This document shows, piece by piece, positions 50,701 to 60,286 of a stretch of DNA of 64,000 nt; position 1 is the stretch's first letter; the number at the start of each line of letters is the position of its first letter. The translations under genes and the position numbers were made by a program. Origin of the DNA: Botryllus schlosseri (Eukaryota); NCBI GenBank assembly GCA_051294905.1, contig CM119381.1:15190001-15254000 (forward strand). Direction: 5' to 3'. The notes beneath the pieces are model-generated. The model saw nothing but the letters and a program-made list of their open reading frames with translations, had not been told where the DNA came from and searched no databases.

Positions 50701-52269
50701 GGGGAACCGCTCCCTGTCGCAATGGCATCGAAACACAAGTCGTCCAGCCAAGCTTCGCTATCTAGCAGAGCCTCCACGTTGCCTCTCAACACGCAAGCGC
50801 GGAAACCTCCGTCGAGAGTACAAGAAGAATCTGAAGACAAACATGGTATGTTGATTCCGAGATAGCTCTGTTTGAGATTGATTTGGTATCGTTTGTCGGG
50901 TGTAAGACTGTATGTAGAGGTGGCCAGTAGCGAAATATTTTTACTTTTCCATAGTATTCGTGTACCTTTTGCCTAGTCGCACTAATTACTCGATTGGTTA
51001 TGTTTTTGGACTACTTCTACTGGAACAGTTTCTTGATTATACCTACTTTCTTTTTACCCTTGGTATTTTGAAAAGTAGGTAAGTTTGCATCGCTTTTAAG
51101 AGTGTAATTGTCATTACAACCGCATGAAATCTTTATCACGTAACTGAATATATATTTCAAAGATTGTACCATGTACCTATTTGTAGTTGTTTCGTGTCTG
51201 TTGCAAATATTCATTTCGATAATTTTAAACTAGCTACCTCCAATTTGCTCCTAAAAGTATGGTCGGCAGCTGTACAAATGTAGCTTCAAATATGATCAAT
51301 TGGTCTGAATGATCACAACACACATGCTTATTAACACTCTATAATGTAGACGCGTTTATAAGAGTTCAACGTTTAACCAAAAATATTTCGATCATTTTCT
51401 ATAAGTCATGATTTCCTCCAAGCGATTAGTGACGCAGTCCCATGATACTCCGGATTTATATTCCCTTGTGAATATGTGTCCATCATGGATAGGTTGGGGC
51501 CGACTGTAGGTGGTTAATTCCGATTTTCTTTTTCAGAGGACAGTGACAGTGTTCATTCTCAGAATGATAAGGTAAGGACTCTTTGTAACTACCGCATAAA
51601 AAAGGGCAGCTAGATTTCCCAAAACGGGGGGGGGGGGGGCAGGGCTCGAATTGTTGTTATACAAGCTCGAAAATGTTGTTAAACAAGCTCTATTGTCCCC
51701 CAGTGATCGGCTCGCCAATATGTTTCTCAGATTGACTTCATACGCATCACAGCAGTGTACGTCCAATAGGAATGTTTTGGCTGATACATATCTTTCTTGT
51801 ATATTGTAAACTGTAAAATATAGTTGAATAATTCTTTGGTAACATTCGTGTTGTAATTGCAGATTCCTTCATCCACACCAGAGCCAATGTAAGTATCAGT
51901 TTCACCCCTTTTATGCTTGTGCAATGTGCATAGAGAGATCGATCGGCACGTATAAATAACATTTCGTTGTATTGTATTGTATTGTATAATGTATTGTAAG
52001 CAGCTCAGTAAGTATTGTAAGTAGTTCATCAAAATCTGATCTTTGTCACAGCGAAACCCAGCGGTCGTCTGATGGCGCTGAAGAGGCACAAGAAGCGGTA
52101 AACAGCGGCGCTAAGCAGGAAGTCTTCAGCAACATCCAACGACCGGTAGCCTGTTCTTTGTGAGACCATAAATAAGAAAGTACATTCCGTTGTTTTCCAG
52201 CCTTCAACGGACGGCAGCCTTCTCCAGTCGCTGATGGACGAAACAGACCGGCCCGAGGAATCGAGGTAA
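1..52269 (+). CDS. Divergent dynein heavy chain-family protein, 5'-partial, ~80 exons in window, AAA1 and AAA4 sites degenerate
   Basis: Manual splice model: all introns GT-AG, phases consistent, 13,440 nt including TAA at 52267-52269. Dynein signatures occur in canonical order: HPAMRTRHWKQL, RRQRFPRFYFLS, FEYGFEYQG, RFVITPSCDR, GRSGSGKST, GPAGCGKT, HYLFTLNDLDRIF, LWRHEC, MTBD, LENAAIL..RPPLLLDP, WKEWYD..PE, FQKLLLIRTLRSDR, VWLGGLVNP, YQFPIY. The ortholog cannot be assigned without a tree. The last 4 exons are less certain. Confidence 0.96.
7852..8365. mobile_element. Non-autonomous hAT-type MITE, TIR TAGGGCTGGGCA
   Basis: Perfect 12-bp TIRs and a perfect 8-bp TSD CTCAATAC (7844-7851 / 8366-8373), with subterminal CGAGTA/TACTCG repeats. 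Partial relatives at ~22835-22925 (minus strand) and ~43257-43330. Confidence 0.93.
9237..12957 (+). CDS. Dynein AAA1 module (catalytically degenerate)
   Basis: Exons 9237-9439, 9707-9998, 10496-10793, 11223-11359, 12732-12957. RFVITPSCDRTILSMCHAL, LFKGLAETGCWLFMENINN, VLSVAAQLI, GRLPESFLKKFR and QLLAQGF align to canonical AAA1, but the Walker A and Walker B residues are replaced. Confidence 0.92.
13426..15768 (+). CDS. Dynein AAA2 module (P-loop intact)
   Basis: Exons 13426-13587, 13651-13770, 14668-14796, 15513-15768. GIIVTGRSGSGKST (13684-13707), QLFGFYDSDNREWKDGLM, VDGMLD, LILPNNERLRLP. Confidence 0.92.
14253..14420. repeat. Degenerate minisatellite (~76-bp units made of ~25-bp subunits)
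   Basis: AGGCCAGCGA.GATAT.TTGC appears twice plus a partial third copy. GGCCT.TTGTAGAT.CGATT.TTCA subunits recur. Confidence 0.75.
16034..19044 (+). CDS. Dynein AAA3 module (P-loop intact)
   Basis: Exons 16034-16909 (876 nt), 16972-17069, 17880-18019, 18081-18174, 18236-18454, 18887-19044. RPVMLVGPAGCGKT (16672-16695), LLCVVDDIN, YIATANP, QRFIRLF, HYLFTLNDLDRIF, LWRHEC. Confidence 0.95.
19238..22136 (+). CDS. Dynein AAA4 module (P-loop degenerate)
   Basis: Exons 19238-19367, 20166-20328, 20387-20564, 21105-21322, 21845-22136. EYN..MNLSLYNDAITMVCRLVRIM, GHTLLFGDGAPMIA (no GK), NLRIVLVCS, FPALFNHF..PW. Confidence 0.9.
21517..21819. mobile_element. Degenerate MITE with GGATCC-rich interior
   Basis: Left TAGAGAT and right GTACATCTCTA form inverted termini, with repeated GGATCCAG motifs inside. 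No clear TSD. Confidence 0.5.
22545..30619 (+). CDS. Dynein stalk coiled coil and microtubule-binding domain
   Basis: Exons 22545-22728, 23227-23304, 23366-23512, 23617-23805, 23866-23956, 29963-30067, 30134-30354, 30418-30619. LAELRLVQKP..VEDLMACIIMIL..DLTWSKGAKRQM..FIDELMNFD, GALLKWVQGV, AGFVTYMGPY..FRRRL. Confidence 0.9.
24838..25600. mobile_element. hAT-type MITE, TIR CAGGGG(T/A)GGCCAACC
   Basis: TIRs match at 14 of 15 positions. Flanks GTGCAGGC / GTATAGGC match 6/8, consistent with a decayed 8-bp TSD. Confidence 0.8.
26213..28567. mobile_element. 2.36-kb non-autonomous hAT-type element with (GATTAC)n subterminal arrays
   Basis: TIR CAGACATGGGG / CCCCATGTCTG and a perfect 8-bp TSD AATGGCTG (26205-26212 / 28568-28575). 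GATTAC/GTAATC repeats at both ends. I see no transposase ORF. Confidence 0.93.
29162..29617. mobile_element. hAT-type MITE, TIR CAGTG(A/G)TTCCCAAC
   Basis: TIR pair plus a perfect 8-bp TSD CTATAGGC (29154-29161 / 29618-29625). Confidence 0.92.
30685..31896 (+). CDS. Two exons encoding an acidic low-complexity insertion between stalk and AAA5
   Basis: Exons 30685-30849 and 31667-31896 have good splice sites and keep phase between recognisable dynein exons. The translation is rich in E, D and S. Confidence 0.8.
30960..31110. repeat. Dispersed repeat with degenerate GGTTAG/GGGTTA runs
   Basis: Similar G/T-rich runs ending in GAAGTCAC occur at ~34900-35030 and ~62450-62545. Confidence 0.55.
32201..38015 (+). 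CDS. Dynein AAA5 module and strut
   Basis: Exons 32201-32284, 34390-34573, 34641-34803, 35813-35912, 37110-37322, 37875-38015. LENAAIL..WQRPPLLLDP, EKAIISGHTLML, EDLL...RMRPEL, FPIARRSALLY..LDIHYQ. Confidence 0.9.
32295..32703 (+). mobile_element. 5'-truncated CR1/L2-clade LINE 3' end
   Basis: Translates as VWNSIPPAIRQSTSMSTLKSKY*QLLLNKY, resembling the WNSLP..IR..S...FK..LK..LL ORF2 C-terminus. It is followed by a 3' UTR ending in (GAT)n. Confidence 0.75.
32951..34012. mobile_element. hAT-type MITE with TCGCCCCC subterminal repeats
   Basis: TIR CAGTGGTTCCCAAC / GCTGGAAACCACTG and a perfect 8-bp TSD ATGTATAG (32943-32950 / 34013-34020). An internal segment at ~33590-33810 is shared with ~25920-26160. 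Confidence 0.92.
38219..38525. mobile_element. MITE with long (~70 bp) terminal inverted repeats
   Basis: Left AAAACTCGAAGACTTTTCGGGTGCCTCTTTTCAAGAG versus right CTCTTGAAACGAGGCACCCGAAAGTCTTCGAGTTTT. A one-armed fragment sits at ~26500-26570. Superfamily not assigned. Confidence 0.8.
39004..45444 (+). CDS. Acidic insertion plus dynein AAA6 module
   Basis: Exons 39004-39241, 39501-39563, 40343-40526, 40832-41039, 41554-41697, 41761-41928, 41988-42145, 42732-42860, 42928-43153, 43850-43918, 43982-44165, 44867-44940, 45113-45230, 45289-45444. PGWIPADLW, WKEWYDATLPE, FQKLLLIRTLRSDRL, WLVIDGLHLA, FLVWLTT, LLYGLCACH..RQCYGWHG. Confidence 0.88.
42350..42690 (+). mobile_element. Second copy of the same LINE 3' end
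   Basis: Shares CTCAAG.TTACCGGACCACGAC, TGCATGCCTCCTC.TTACATCGCCT and CTTTTCATTGTATCGCA with 32295-32703. Translates in part as SPFKSNYKQFLLNM. Confidence 0.75.
44222..44460 (+). mobile_element. Diverged copy of the same LINE 3' UTR
   Basis: Shares GACCACGA, CACATGCCACCTCATTTT, CATTCAGTGTGCATGCCTC and ACTCCAAG...TTCGACA with the other copies. Confidence 0.65.
45633..46424. mobile_element. Degenerate CAGAGGTGG-terminated MITE (TACTTCTACT family)
   Basis: Left CAGAGGTGGTCAAAGTAG and decayed right GTTACTAACCCTCTC, with AGTA/TACT-rich subterminal repeats. Further fragments near 13800, 50920, 54424 and 61940. Confidence 0.55.
46557..50209 (+). CDS. Dynein C-terminal domain
   Basis: Exons 46557-46788, 47478-47645, 48308-48437, 48502-48606, 48907-49012, 49373-49497, 49948-50209. 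FVLMNECNWFN, IPCTWLYPS, VWLGGLVNPNALL, CSWD, YQFPIYMNSSRQVYV..LP. Confidence 0.88.
50576..52269 (+). CDS. Putative C-terminal extension exons beyond the canonical dynein end
   Basis: Exons 50576-50845, 51537-51571 (35 nt), 51863-51888 (26 nt), 52052-52145, 52201-52269. Each has AG/GT boundaries, and only this combination keeps the frame open to TAA. An AATAAA lies at 52481-52486. There is no homology support. Confidence 0.6.
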
Positions 52270-53720
52270 AATGGAAACCTTTTGGGTTTCTGTTCTGGAT
52301 ACACTACAATTTAAGGGTGTGCTCAGGGTGGAGCCAGAAAAACACACTTTAGCAAGGAAATTGCGTCATCATCGTCATATTATGTCGTCATTATGGTGAA
52401 GTCCGTAATTATATGACTGTGAAAGTGCCTATTCGTCACTATACAAACAAACATCATAATTTGCATCCTAATAGTTCTCTAATAAATAGCTCACATCCAA
52501 GCCTAACCAATGGCTGCTACAGTGCTACGTGCTCCATAAGTGTGCAGTAAAACTATATAGCTACGACATAGCAGTAAATAAATATAGATTTTGACGCCAC
52601 CGTATCGAATGCAGTAGGAAAACCGCTATTCAGCGACCTCAATATGTAAATTACGTAAATGTTGCTCTCACACTGAAAACTCCTTTCTGCGCTGTACGCA
52701 GTACAGCCTAGAACACCAAATTACCCAAACTGTAGTACTTGACTCACGTCCGCGGATTAGTGAAGATATCATTAGTCGATAATCGCCCCGATACTTTCCG
52801 CTTTGTTTGAAGATAGCAATCGCCAGCTTCTTACAAAGCATGTCGCGTGTGGCTGGGCTAATCTCGGACGGGTGATGGGGTCCTTTGAAGTTGCGTGCTT
52901 CGAATTCGCTGCACACAGGCGGTCGCTGGTAACCCCGAATACCATTTTACTGTGCTATCCCGTATCGGTGTCGCGGAATATGATCTTGAATAGGTTTTGA
53001 GAGTATTGACATATTGTGAAATTTTCTATGAACGCCGCCAATGCAGCAGGCCCTGCTATTCCGGATGGATTCGTACTGCGTTTACTATGAACTGCTCAGA
53101 CTCACTCCATTCCATGCCAGTTACGGATAGTGTTTTCAGTTATTCTGGAAATTTATAAGAAGTCTGGTAGCGACAAGTTGCGGGATTGCTTTTCATTTTG
53201 CCTCTACACATTTGTTTTGACGTTGTGACGTGACATTTGCGTTTATGACACTTTCTTCGCGCGATTTGCTTCCGAACCAGGCTGACTCAATCGTGATCTA
53301 CTCCATTGAATACTTCTCTCCGGTGTAGCCATGGCCTACCTGTTTTCAGTAGGCCATGGTATAGCCCGTTCGTGTTGTAGGCAGGTACTAACTAGGCTGA
53401 TTGCCAGTCACTGACAACGAAAGCATTTTCAATTTGTCAATCAGACGGCATGCATTTGTTGTGCACCCCGTCCTTCCGAAACGTAGCTATTTATAGAAAA
53501 CGACGCAGGTGGTCGCAATGTGTCGTCACAACGTCCGAAAAATGAATTGGAGATGAATTGAAGACTGCATGTTGCCGACTGGTTGCGCCCAAGCAAGTCA
53601 TAAAATGAAAATTTTTGTCAAACCGATTTTATATGGTATTGACAGGGACACACCAATGCATTGCGAGTTTGAGTCCGACCGAGATCGGCTTTAGAATTTT
53701 TACCTAAGTGTTGGAGGTAT

Positions 53721-54791
53721 ATCTAGGCTTCTCCTCGCCATGTGATCCGCGTGAGCGGTGTTTACTATATATAGTCTAGACTAGAACTGGGCCGTGCTAT
53801 ACAAGTCAGCAGATCAGAAGTATATTCAGGAATATCGGCCTGGTGTAAATGACCATAGTAGCGGAAAATCCGTGAAAGTCAAAACAGCAACAACCCGATA
53901 TGACCAAAGCCTTAAAGTCCGAAGTCACCGAGATTTATTGTAGAACCACATCTCAATTCAGGGTTTCCGGCGATTTAGCTATACCGACTTTTGTTCACTG
54001 CTGATCAGCGTGATGGGCTAACGTGCTTCCAAGAAACGTTTGTCGATTCCTACTCGAACCAGATGTATTTTGACTAGATGTTTCTTCCTCTTCCTTTGTT
54101 ATGAAATGAGTTGACACTTTCGGCGTTGCTTGCTCTTCCGCGGAACCCCCTACCCGAGCCTGGGTATTTTTTTTTACTCTCAGACTGGACTTTTCTAACG
54201 AGGAAAATTCGATCTGGTGTTGTTTGACGCAAACAAAAAGATCTCGGGAAACCGACTTTGCCGAACGGTAATAAAAAATGCTACATCAGCCAGAATCATG
54301 TCACGGCCCAAAAGACGAAGGATAGGTGTAAAAGGCGATGTAAATCCGTCTTAAAATGAGCGATCCTACATTGTAGATTTATAGCAGATGTGTCGCAAGC
54401 TAAAAAATATACATGTACGAATCCAGAGGTGGCACGTAACAATGTACTACTTTTTCGGAATACTCAAGTAAGTTTGGCTACGTTCACTACTTACTCAAAT
54501 GGTTATGATATTAGACTACTTCTACTTTTAACCAGGGCTTTTACCTAGCAGTTTTCGGTGTTTCAAGCAAAACTAGCTCCAGAATAGCTACTTTTTACTT
54601 AATTGGAAATTGCTACTGCCATTTGAGGGCATACGATAATTATTCTGTTATCAAGGCTCGTCCTCGCCATCTGATCCGCGCAATTGCTGTCTTAAAAAGT
54701 ATAGTATAGAAATGGGCCGTGCTACCAGTCGGCAGATACGGAATCACAGATGATCGGCCTGGTGTAAATGACCACTGTAGTCGAAAACACC
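53721..54791. repeat. Locally duplicated ~150-bp motif (53721-53871 and 54650-54791)
   Basis: Collinear shared blocks TCCTCGCCAT, TGATCCGCG, TGGGCCGTGCTA and an identical 22-mer ATCGGCCTGGTGTAAATGACCA (53834-53855, 54753-54774). Confidence 0.85.
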
Positions 54792-55099
54792 ATGGATACC
54801 ACAAACAGACAGACAGACCTCCGGCAAGTCTCATATTTTTACAGATTCGACTAAGTCTGTCACGTCACAGCCGCGTTCTCATTCCACAATCAGCTTACAT
54901 GCAATTATCTGATATAATCCATCGCTCAATTTCACAGCTAATGAAAAAATCATCGTATTCACCCCTTCGAATGCTCGCATTCCGTCCAGGAGCCATTAAT
55001 TACAGGAAGCGTTACAACCCGGTATCGCTTCGCCCTACATGGTAAAAACACGCCCCCGCTCAACGGCGGAATTAGTCGTGGGGTAAATACTCATCAGCG

Positions 55100-55500
55100 T
55101 TATCCGTCGGCGTAGGATTTTCTTGGTAGGTGGCCCGCGGAATGTGAGACGCAGCCCAGGTAGGTTTTGGCGGGATCGCCTTCACGCGCATCGCCTTCGC
55201 GCAGCGAGCCGGCTTGATTAAAATTGATGGATGAAGCGGAGAGTAGCAGATAACGGCGGTTACGGTGTTTACCTCGCGTTTTAACGAACTGTAAGTGAAA
55301 GTTTGGTCGGGTTACCGTGACCACACGCGTGGATACGTTCGTATTGGCGATTATCCGGTTGTTGGAGGAAAGTTGAGGTAGTGTCGCCGCGACCCGGGTG
55401 TCTTGTATCGAATTTATCTTGCGACCCAGTTCGGAAAATCTTTCGATATCCTGATGGATGGTTCCTGTAATTCGCGAGCCCATGCGGATATCGTCTTCGG
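55100..55500 (-). CDS. Candidate terminal coding exon of an unidentified minus-strand gene
   Basis: Pyrimidine-rich acceptor (TTTCTCTTGTTCTAAG) then ~133 open codons (EDDIRMGSRITG...KSYADG*). No recognisable domain, and I could not link upstream exons. Confidence 0.25.
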
Positions 55501-58500
55501 CTTAGAACAAGAGAAATTACTGTTTTGTGAATATTTTCAATGTGTCCACTGTCCAGTCCCGCATGCATATAAGCAGAGCACTCAATTTAGTTTTTCTTGC
55601 TCTACTTCTACTTTAGTACTCTTCAAGCCCCCAGATTTGATGAATATCGTATGGACAATTTCGACATAGAAAAACACGGCAAGTATTAGTGACTTGGTAT
55701 TAATGCATTTCTACTACTTCCACTTCTGATCCAGCATTTTCGAAGGGCAAAGACTCATTTTCAGGATTGCAAATTCTTTCTAGTCAGTGGAAAGCGCTCA
55801 ATGCGCACATTCCCATCGTTTTTTATGAGTATAATAGCAATCCTATCACGACCACGGAATCTGACACTCCTCCTTAATGGTTATAGGCAGATAATTCCTG
55901 GGCCACAACCTTTGAAAATGCATTTTCAAAGATGCCTTCTCAGTACAAACCCAATCCTTCTCTACTTTGACGGGATACTCCACTTCTATACCTACTGAGT
56001 AAAATGTTATCGCATTGCATCCAACTGTCGAGTAACATCCGTACTGAAATAATGTATCCGTTGGAATTGCGACAACCACAGAGAATATAATTTCGTGACG
56101 CACACCTTAGTATCACTACAGATGTAATTTGTTTCTTGTAAACGTGTCGCATGATATCGTGCAGTGGATTTTATCGGTCACAGTTACTGGGATAATTGTA
56201 GTGGTACAGTTGTGCAGTTAATCTCTGCTTCAGCATCGGCGAATACTATAACCATTTGCTATTTCCAACTTTCCCAGTTCAGCAGGCCTTCCTGTGGAAC
56301 GAATGACTGTTTGGGAGCAAGCCCATTTCCAGGCAGATAAAAGGGGTGTTTTATGTCTGTTATCGCGCGGGCGTTTTATGAAAAGTTTACTGTAGAATAT
56401 ACACCGTCTGCGAGCGTTCACTCCAGACTTCCCGTGTTGGTATCGTATCCGAAAGTGGAATGGATGGAAGATCCTGACGGTGCTTGATAAGGAAAGTTGA
56501 TGAAACCCAGATCAACTCTGAGCTGGCGATAACCGTCGGGACTGATATAGACGCAGCAATGCGCCAGGTCAAGCCGACACGCACTATTGCGCCGATAAAA
56601 CCCTTCAAATTGGCGATGTCATTTGATACCGATTGATATCAAATCGGGAGTCAGCGGCATAAACCTACCATCGCAGTGGTCGTCAATTTTTCAGCTTGCG
56701 GACAAGTAATATTTCAAAATAAATTTTGCAAACCAGTGAACTATTTCAGACCAAATCAACGCAGAGTGTAAAAATTGAAGATTTGGAACTTTAACTCAAT
56801 GATAAATTCGCCGCTGTTTTTATACTCCTCCGGTGATGCGCTGTTCGACCGAAGTTACTGCAAGGCAAAGTCCTGTTAAAACCACCAACTCGATTTTGAC
56901 TGTTGGGTTCTTTTCAAAGAAACTGTAATTCACCGTTGCTAGATTCTATAATACTGCCATATGTCGCTGAATTGTGCTGTCAAATTTCCTCAGATTTTTC
57001 TTTTTAATTATTCTTGACTTTCACATATAACAGGCCATTTTTAAAGAGTTTGGACACGACTTGCAGCATTGTGACGCAGAAGTCAAACCTGTATCATGAA
57101 CCCTATATTACGTCAAAAAGGGTTCCAATTTACGTTATTTCAATAGACAAGTCTCTTTCATTTTTTATAATTGGGCATAAAATTGAAATATTTTTACGGA
57201 CCGGCGGTTGGTAACCACTGCTTTATATTAAACGGGAACACAATTTTTCGTACCTTTTACTATTTTCGGCTACGCTAGTAATTTAGTAGTAGCAGTAGCG
57301 CTAGTAATTTAGTATTTCCAACCAGAGTCCTCATCACTACGTTTGATTCCACGAAAATTATAACCGTTTGTTAGGATATTATTCCTCGCAACTGTCACAT
57401 TCTCCTATCAATAATCATCTTCTATGGCCGCTCTATGCGATCACATATTGACCCCGCCAGTGTGTCGGACGCAGGCGTCAGGCGGCCTACAAATATCTCG
57501 TCACCTCGTTTGGCGAATTCTTCCTCCCTGTTATCAGGCATATATCCCGGTTGCCTGTTATTTCTACTGTTCAAGTATTGTTTGGTAGGTATTCGCAATT
57601 CATTTGAATTCGCGTGCCTGGTGCGAAATCGTATCTTTCGTATTAGTACGGATTGCATCGAGCGCTGTCCCCGTTCCGACTTGGCTCATTATGCAGCAGG
57701 TGATGAATATGCAACAGGATAATAAAATCCTATTTTTCTCCGGTTTAAGAGTTGCGGAAACCTGCTTTTGTTGTTTGGGTTCGATTCGACTTACGACTTT
57801 CATTACCAAACTTCCCCCACAATGGGATACCACCGCCTTTGCAGGAAATGTGAATTTGCACAAAACACTCTTCATGCCACTCTGTGCATGCTGACTGCCC
57901 AGTGCTCACATTGCTGATGGTCATGGTCATTGCTCTGCCTAGTCAACATGTCTGTTTTATACTCGCCGCTGTCCGTGATTTTATTCTACGCATTTTCGTT
58001 ATCTAAAGACGTAAGATGATCTAGTGGACCTCTCCTTTGTACCGTGGCATGCTCTTTTGATATATCTTGTCAAATTTGTCAGGACTCAGTAAACAAACGC
58101 TGAGCGTACAATGCGTCATAATAGATGTCAAGACATCGCGTTATGAAATCATAGATTACATCGAAGTCTCGGGGAATTCCGACTCCTGTGGCGCGCGATT
58201 TCTCACGTTACCAGCAACCCAACATCTACCAGAACTTTTACGACGCGGCCGACAATATTTTCACACACCTACACATATGTGCACAATGAGAAATGTCAAA
58301 CTGAATGTTTGTATGTGATATTTTCTCTCGCGTCTTTACGACAAGTCATATGCAAAACACTGTGTTTTATTAGCGGTATAGACAGTGGGTGATTCATATG
58401 CATTCCGTGCCCGAATCCTAGTCAACGCAAGGTCACCAGAAGTACCGCGTTGAATGTTGGATTCTCCAAAAATCCAGTCTTATCTGTAGTTAGAAAGCGA

Positions 58501-60034
58501 CTAATCTTTGACATAATCTTCCCGATTTTCCTTTGATTTCTGCCCGTGGTTGTGTACAACTTCAGCTGGCCTCAGCTCGAAAGTATGGTTTTGCATATAA
58601 CAGACACCTGTGCCGAGTTGTCAAATTTACAAGCTAATCATTCTTAATGATACCTCGAAGTCACTGTTGCCTCACCTGCGTGCTTTGCGTATGGTCAACG
58701 ACCTTGCAATTGCAATATATATCAATATATAACAGTTATTTCGTGTGACCGGTGCGTATTTTGCGCTGGTCTTTTCCGTGCGTACCCTAGCCCGAAATTT
58801 TCTCATGTCCGTTACGGTCGCTGTGGTATAAATTTGATGGAGAGGTCACGATTAGATTCCCACGCGAACCTGGGCTACTTTAAAAATTCATTAACTCCGC
58901 TTCTGTAGACATCTGCGCTGGAATATGACGCCAAGCACGCCCGACTTTAGGCAACATCCGTTCCGCCGCTGTCCAGGCCTATTCCCCTCTATCGCGAACG
59001 CCAACGCTACTTGAACACTCGTGCGAAAACCTATATTTTGATGCCGCGGTTGGTTTTAATTGCTGCGTAAATTATAGAAACAATGGCTAATCCTACTTGC
59101 CGTTATCTAGTGGTGCGCGTGACGTAATACTAATGGCTGTTGTCAGAAATGCAAGTCCACTTCAATTCGATTGCTGATTTCGGTTTGGCTCACATAGAAT
59201 CATGTCGATATACAACGAAGCGAAACGTGAGATGTTTTGTGTTCTATGATTGATAACTCGCCACCCGCCTTGAAATGTCGGCATTGAACATCGCCTTTTC
59301 CGTCGGGCCCGTTTCAAAACGGCGGTGTGTATATATACTTTCCGAGGCCCGGCGGCCCACTAAGCCGAATCACATTCGCGATAGCTTGTTTGGTGTTTCA
59401 ATTGTCCGTGTCCTTCGGCGTTATCCCGCGGGCCTTGTTATGACTCCGTGAACTTTTCGTAACCTTCGGCCGACGGCGCGTTATAATTAGGGGCGAAATC
59501 GCTACCGGAATGCGCCGACAACTTTCGCTCGCTTGAATTAACACGAGAGTGTTATCCGAAGTTGATGTTTTTAATATGCCGTGCGCGCCTTTATGAGACC
59601 GATTCGCGTCGCTTGCCTTGATAGCTTTGAAGGCGTTTGGTAGTCTTTCTGACGATGGTTTTCTGGTCCGTTGGTTAGCGACTCCCTTGCCCGAAGTTGG
59701 CGGATTGTCATGTCGGTTTAACCTCATTCGGTCGTCGTTTTCTTATCTGCTATCGTCCGATTCCAGTAAGGCAGTACCTTTTATCTGCCTTTGCGTAAAG
59801 ACGTTCGATAGCAGAATAAATATTTTTGAGCTGTTACACGCGCGTCAATCACGAGCGGTGACTGAAATCGTAAGAAATTAACATGACTCCTGTCGTTGGA
59901 TAGATGTAATCTAGTTGTTTTATCGCCCAGGACCTTTTGAAGTGATCGTTTTCTCGCGGAATCGTAAGTTCGTTCGTTTGAGGTTTGCATGTGTATTGTA
60001 CAATGTACATGTCATGTGGGCCAGATGACAAGGC

Positions 60035-60286
60035 CAGAGGTGCGCACTGCGCATATTGTTAATAGCTGGTACTCAAGTATAGAAGTAGAAGTACAAGTAC
60101 AAGTAGAAATAGCAATTTCAAGGAAGTAAAAAATTGAGTATTCCAGGTCTAGTTTTAAATTTAAAAATGAAACCTGTTGCGTAGAAGTGGTATAAATTCA
60201 TACCTGCTTCAGTAAGTAGCACATGCAGGCAAGACCAACCTTAGTTCTCCCGAAATGTAGAAGTAATTCGTTACTGACTATCTCTG
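60035..60286. mobile_element. CAGAGGTG-family MITE
   Basis: Left CAGAGGTG, right GTTACTGACTATCTCTG. Flanks GACAAGGC / GGCGAGGC match 6/8. AGTAGAAGT repeats inside. Confidence 0.6.

Noticed and set aside
51626-51639. 14-nt poly-G run, plus short microsatellites such as (ATTGT)n near 51970
   Set aside because: These are ordinary simple repeats, and homopolymer length may be a sequencing artefact.
1-52269. Calling the dynein a pseudogene because of its dead P-loops
   Set aside because: All 80 exons join in frame with canonical splice sites and no internal stop, which argues for ongoing selection.
52776-53000. Death-domain-like phrase LLTKHVACGWANLGRVMG
   Set aside because: Only one helix pair resembles the family, later helices do not fit, and there is no start or splice context.
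53329-53359. 11-bp hairpin CCATGGCCTAC / GTAGGCCATGG
   Set aside because: It is too short for a miRNA precursor and is most likely a MITE remnant or chance palindrome.
53630-53700. tRNA B-box-like GTTTGAGTCC
   Set aside because: I could not build a cloverleaf or find a correctly spaced A box.
54765-54800. ATGA...AAAA...GA as a SECIS element
   Set aside because: The required helix II cannot pair and the spacing is too short.
57422-57658. RGDEIFVGRL, resembling an RRM RNP2 motif
   Set aside because: There is no downstream RNP1 or RRM pattern and the ORF ends 20 residues later.
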